Assembly (NCBI GenBank): GCA_963920595.1
Contig: OY986947.1
Span: 4,402,001 to 4,466,000 of the forward strand
Direction of reading: 5' to 3'
From: Eimeria praecox
Taxonomy: Eukaryota
DNA: 64,000 nucleotides
Below are positions 58,501-64,000 of the stretch, piece by piece. Below the pieces are notes generated by a model. That model ran no database searches and was not told where the DNA came from. It was given only the letters and a program-made list of their open reading frames with translations. The stretch's first letter is position 1. Every line of letters begins with the position of its first letter. The translations under genes and the position numbers were made by a program.

Positions 58501-59723
58501 TTCCTCAGCTCGTAATTTGTGCTGTGCTTACTTTGTGGCTAAGGAACCGCGAGTCCCAAAGGAGTGGAAAATGCCAGTTTCGAGCGGAAGCTACGCAGTG
58601 GAACAGGTTGCCAAGTGGAACTGGTATTACCGCATGGTAATTCAGCTCATGCACAAAACTTCAGTTCACACTCTCCCAGTTATGCTCAAATTACGTTCAT
58701 ATAAGCAGCTCCAGGAACATGCAAAGCAGCCTGAGGGGCACTTGCAACAGTAACGTCAAAAGCAACTGCGGCGTGCATAGCAGCAGCAGCTATAATAGCC
58801 ACAGCAGCAGCAACGCAAAGGGGCTTACACCTGCTCCGGAATATTTGATGCTCGCGCCACGAAGAGGCATTTGTTACCTTTTTCTGTGTGATTTGCTCTC
58901 AGGAGCAAATATATTACCTGTGGCAGCAAAATGTGTTTCCTGTAAAGCCAAATCACGTCTTTTGTGGTTTCCCAATCCATCTGGCTACCTCCGGTGAGTG
59001 CCTCTTCCCCTTTTGGTATAAGGTATGCATGCTGTTGCAGGTGGCCGAGCATCATGAACCTGGCGTGCATTAGGGTAGTTTAGGTTTCGGTTAAGACGCT
59101 TTAAAGCTACACGTTTTCTTAACTACCTAAATGCATCACAAGGTCGTGATGCTCGGCTACTGAGGCGTTGCGGCCTTTTATCCATGCTGCAGACTCAACC
59201 GAAATCCGCAGCTATTTGGGAGGAAGCCGTCGATTTCGCCGTTTGCTGGATATGCCAGTTGAAAACATAACATATGTTGTGACTGGAAAATGTTATCCTT
59301 TGATGGGGGGAGTCATCAGCACTTGGTTGTTCTTCGGTGCGCAAGTTCCTCTAGCTGTAAGCCTCGTTGTGGTCGCATCTAGCTTTGACACGTTACAACT
59401 TTCATTCTCACTGCATATTGCGTTTCACAGCGCCTTATTGAGTTCAAAATATATTCATTTCAGGGTACTTGGTAGGTCTTCCTGTCCCAGTCGTTCTGAT
59501 TCAGTGCTTCTGCTTTAGCCATGCGCGCTCGTTGGTGCTTTTCTCTTGCTTCGTCTTTCAGTCATCACAGGAACGCAAGAGCCACATGACCCGCATAAGG
59601 AAGCCTCCGCATACAAAGCAACGGAGGAAGCAGACAGACCCTCCTGTAGAAAGCCAGGCCCCTACTGGAGGCGCAGAGCTTCCAGAGGACGGCGGTAGCA
59701 AAGTGGGGCAGCCAACTGCTTAG
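46107..59723 (+). CDS. Large C2-domain protein with CEP76/CC2D2A-type transglutaminase-like domain and CEP76-like C-terminus
   Basis: Roughly 30 exons. C2-like segments include LSFEVWDSDDTTSDFLGGADISL (49.7 kb). CEP76-like core: WQSPASLLTTRRGGVNDHAVLLCSCLLGLEYDAYVCKG|T...HAWVMTRHAGGWVMFWEPTNRKRY (51.0-51.5 kb) and PYSSIEVVFNNFQLWGNLQ...YDLDDLWKWRPL (52.7 kb). C-terminal HVFCGFPIHL...YPLMGGVISTWLFFG lies at 58.9-59.35 kb and the last exon is 59561-59723. Not every boundary was checked. Confidence 0.78.
48755..48995 (+). repeat. Polypyrimidine low-complexity tract inside an intron of the C2/CEP76-like gene
   Basis: About 240 nt of almost only C/T. Confidence 0.85.
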
Positions 59724-60274
59724 TTAAGCTCGCCAGGAGCCCCACAAGCATACCACGATTGCAGCCTAGGACCTTGAATCTAGGCATTCCCAAGCTGCAT
59801 AGTGGTATTGGACCTGTCTAATGCAGAAATCACGCATCACCGCGAACTTGCATTTTTCTGTAAATCAAATACTCCCTTTTTGGGTGCGTCTCGAATGGTG
59901 CACGAAGGGTCATAGTGATAAGGAAGCTGCGGTTGTGTTGCTGGAGGTATATGAATATTGTCAGAACTGAAGCCAGTTTCGTCTTAACAGATCTAAGCCT
60001 TAATGTACGCCTTATGCGATTCTGCATATACACCTTCACCTACGGGAGCTTTAGATACATTAGAGGAACATCTCATTTTGATTGGTAGTTGCATTGTAAC
60101 CTTACTTGCATATTTTGCAAATTCGAGTAAAGAAAACCAGGACGTAGTCAACAGCAGAGCTGGAACAGGCCCGCTGAAGTTGTCAGAAACAGTAAATGCG
60201 GCCTGCACACGGGTTCGAACATCTAACCATGCCTCCTCTGTTCCCAATAAGGAAAAAACACAATCTTGGAAATG

Positions 60275-62745
60275 CTAGATGTCCCCCTGGCTTCGCTTGC
60301 GGCGAAATACAACGATTGGGGACGTTGAGGGGACCCCGGCGAGGAGGCTGTGAAGGGAATCAAACCGGCTGAGAGGCTGTGCGCGCTGCAGCTCCTTCAG
60401 CAAACCGCATTCTATTTGTTCACCCATCTCTGTTTCCGCATCCTTTTCAGCGGGCAGTGGTGGAAGCCGGACAAATCCCTCTACGTAGTATGGCCGGCTG
60501 CGCAGAGGCAACAGCTCCTGCCCCACTCCCCCAAAGTCGCCTACAAGCTGCTGCTCTGTAGGGGTAGCACAGTTTAGGCTCTGCGTATCGCCGCCTATTG
60601 CCTGGGCAGCCACTTCTTCCGCTGCTGGAGCATCCGGTGGAATAGAACGGAAGCTGTTTGCTGACTTCCACTCCCTACCATTCCTTCCTTTGTAATCCTC
60701 GTCTTCACTTCCCCTGCGTCTCTTGCGACCGCCTTTCTTCTCATTAGATAACTCTTTCACTGCCTTTTCATCAGTGCCAGGGCAGCTCGTTTCTTCAGAG
60801 GGACTGCACGGCGCGCTGCGTTGCTGCCCCTGTGGCAGCGCCTGCGGTACTTCATAGTCAACTCCAAGAGGCAAGTGATTCGCCTCTGAGCAGCTCATTC
60901 CCCATGTCTCAAGCCTACAGGCAAGGAACAGAAGCGAAGCTTTGGCAGTCTCCTGTCCGAAGAGCTATCAAACCACTGCCCTGTGCCACATCTGTTTTCA
61001 CGAAGGGGCGCCAGGGGCCTCAATATTCCCATCAGCGGTAGCTAGATAAAGCGAAAGGAGGCATCCAGCAAAGCGAACAAATGCTAGCGCACTAAGGATG
61101 GTAGGTAGAGTGTGCGGGCACTTACGGGCGTCCAACGAGTCCTCCTTCTGCATGCCCTATTAGAATGTACTCCTGCACTTGACAACGGGAATGGTGGTGC
61201 TGCAGCTCAGTAGCGCAGCTTTGTCGGCGCATGCATCGACAGCAGCCGCAGCAACTGGCGCGAGCCTTCTCTGTCCAGTCTACATTGAAGGGCATCCAGC
61301 AGCAAATGACCAGCTGAGGACAGTGCCGTTCCATTGCCAATCGACACCCATCTCGCGAAGCAGCCAAAGCAGTAGGGCACCACTGCAGCTCCGTTCGAGG
61401 TTCCGAGGCAACATAAGCAAAAACAGGAAGAGCAGGCTTCCCTGTTTTAGGGGAGTTGCTGCCAGCAGATAGTATGGGCGCACCTAGGCTGTTGCAGTCG
61501 TCGTGCATTTTGCTGCGAGCTGCTTTGTAGTCTTGCTCATTAAAAAGGGATTTTGCACGCCCAGTTTGCTCTGTATCCGGCGCCTCCTGTTGCAACTGCT
61601 GTTGCTGCTGCAGTGGCCCGGGCTGCTGCTGCACTGGCTGGAGGTGCTGATGCAGCAGCGGTAGCAGGTGCGCGGCCATAATCCCCGTCCCCGCTCCGCA
61701 TTCCAAAATGGTAATGGGCCTATTTGAGTCCCAGTGGTTGCAGCAGCTGCTGCTGCTCTCCCCTGCTGCTGGGGCTCGGGCCTTGCTGCATTGGCATTTG
61801 CTGCAGTTGCTGGCAGTTCCGCCCGTATCGCTTCGAATGCGTTTAACTCGAGAAGCCAAATATGCCGCAAGAGCAACAACAAATTCCTTCCTGAGTTTGC
61901 GTTGCACAGAAATCTGGGGCACTACACAGCAGGTTAAAATGAGCCAAAGACTCGCAGAGTTATATGTTCTACTTCAAGTTGAATGATAAGGAAGCGAAAA
62001 GGACGCCTACGGAGTGACTACCATGCAACCGCATTAAGCCAGCAGAAAGTGTGGAGACAAAAACCATGGTCATTGAACAGCAGCAGCAGCTAAGGAACGG
62101 CGGTGGCTGAAGCAGCGGAAAAAGAGCAGCGGAGAAGGCGTGACGAAGCGCCAGCAGTAAATTTCAGCGTTCGAAGCGTACGTGGGTATAATGTAGAACG
62201 GAAAAGTCGGATCTGCTGAGCAAAGATGCCACCAACTCTCCTCAGACCCAGCCTGCGTCGCCCACAAACTGTACGTGCACACCGTCCGAGCAGCTTCTGC
62301 AGCTTTAGCAAACTTAGCATATCATGCAAAGACAACTGCCTGCACCTTTACTTCAGTGAACTGTCCGTGTGCTGCAAGCACGTTGGGGCCATAAGCTTAC
62401 AGAATCTGGTACGTGAGTTATGCTAGCGTGCGAGCTGCAGTACAGAGGCCCCCTTATTCTAATGAATGCCTAGTTACCGCAGTAGCGCTCGTCCCTACAA
62501 CTGCCGCTGATATAGAGAAGAGTGGAGACATGCTGCGGAATGCATCTCACCAGGTGCTTCTGTTTCTCGTCAACGATATTGGAAATGTCTTTTTCGAGTA
62601 GCTCCAGCAGCTCAGCACGCGAATACAGTCGCAGTTCAGGGGGCTGCATGCTTTTGAGAGCTCCTTTTATGTGAGGGTGAAGCGAACAAATGTTGCACGT
62701 ACACACACCACTAGCATTTGCGCTCGTGCTCGCGGTGTCCTCCAT
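60275..62745 (-). CDS. Class I SAM-dependent methyltransferase-like protein (uncharacterised)
   Basis: Motif I ITILECGAGTGIMA, followed by FAYVASE, LVICCWMPFNVDW and VQEYILIG in ORF 61122-61922. GTAAC and GTAAG donors lie near 62475 and 61125. The last exon ends PIVVFRRKRSQGDI*. Confidence 0.65.
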
Positions 62746-64000
62746 GGCCGATTGGATTAGAAATAAACGAAGACCAAGTTAATACAAGGGTACTTGTTTC
62801 GTACTGAGCTAAATAAATCCCATCCCCTCACCCTACGCAGGGGTTGGCTCTTGCGCTTAATCCTGAAACGGGGTTCTGCTCGGACAGACAGCAGGTAAAA
62901 CTCCTCGTGTCCCTGGATGAGCTGTAATTACTGTTCATGTTACGGCGAGGGGACTCGCAAAAAAGAGGTGAGCGAATACGAAACCGTGGGCGTCTGTTTT
63001 TTGTGTTGTGACGCATCGGGTTCTTCCCGCGTCGTCGTTCGAGTGTCGCCGTGGCTTCCAGCTTGTTCATAGGGGAGACTCGGGGGTAATATCTGCGGAT
63101 CTACGTAAAGATTAATGAATACTAGGAAAGATATAGTGAAGATCGCAGGCTGACTAAATACCTTCTGCTAAGCAGAATGGACAGGGAGCCAAATGGCTTT
63201 CGCGATTCGCGCGCATCGCACTTCCTGTCTTCCTTAAAATATTTCAGATGCTCATCACATTGTAACACGATCCAAAGCACTCAAAAACAAATAACTGCAG
63301 TATATAACGAATAATTACAGTCAACGGCAGAAAGTTTCAAGACCTCAGAGTTTAGCCGCTGCTTTCTTGTGCTAGCGCCTCGGTTTTTGGAACTCTTAGC
63401 TGCCACTACTATTGGCCCTTGCAGGCGTACTTTGGACGCTGTAAAGCGTAGCACTACGACTCCAAATGGACCGGTAGCGGTCTATCCGGAAGGCAAAACA
63501 CGAATATTATATTATTAGAAATAAAATTAGCCGCATGACACAAGAAATCAAGCTTCCGGACTAAAATTGCTCACCAGGCGCGAGGGTCTGGGGCTGGTTG
63601 CAAGAGTGGAGCTATAGCTAGGCTAGACTCGCTGGGGGTCAGTGTGGGGACGTGAGGATGGATGAGGAAGGGCGTATTCTTCTTCCTAAGGGGAGAACAG
63701 GTCCTGGAATACAAATATGCAACAATTATTTGATATTTTAAAGTTAGTTTAGGGGTCATCCGCTGAATGTGTCGCATATATATATGAGTTGACTGAGTAG
63801 GTCTATACAGGGCAGGCTAGTAGCGGTAGCATAGAGAGTTGCTCTCAACCAGTGTATATTCGGAGATGTAAACTGCACTCAGCGCCTATTCCATAATATA
63901 ACGAAAAAATATCAAGAATAATCTTTCATTCGTATCGGCCGCCAATCCCTTCCCCCCCAAGGAGGGGGAGAAAACATGAAGATTACCCTCATGCGGGTTA

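Noticed and set aside
62828..63070. Arg-rich 80-aa ORF upstream of the methyltransferase-like gene
   Set aside because: No motif or splice support; probably 5'UTR or promoter sequence.

Overview
Intron-rich eukaryotic DNA, almost certainly a coccidian (Eimeria-like) chromosome segment. It carries abundant (CAG)n, the telomere-like heptamer AAACCCT/AGGGTTT and TGCATGCA. It has two parts: a repeat-rich, AT-rich segment (1 to ~28.4 kb) and a repeat-poor, more GC-balanced segment (~28.4-64 kb), with the switch falling inside the RPB2 gene. Most ORFs in the track are microsatellite artefacts. Spliced genes reconstructed by hand with consistent exon phases are: a 5'-truncated hypothetical protein, a PROPPIN (ATG18/WIPI family), exosome subunit RRP41, RNA polymerase II subunit RPB2 (14 exons) and a highly divergent TBP-fold protein. 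Recognised from motifs, with exons only partly resolved, are a three-DM10 EFHC1/Rib72-like protein, a very large C2 + CEP76/CC2D2A-like protein, a class I SAM-methyltransferase-like protein and two further hypothetical genes. Main leads: (i) the TBP paralogue, which appears to lack three of the four DNA-intercalating Phe; (ii) an unidentified ~280-nt multi-hairpin element at 45.27-45.55 kb; (iii) a dispersed spaced palindrome STGT-N4-ACAS concentrated in the repeat-rich segment; (iv) a foldback/MITE-like element at the segment boundary; (v) repeated local duplications of splice sites. All homology calls come from motif recognition by eye; no searches were run.
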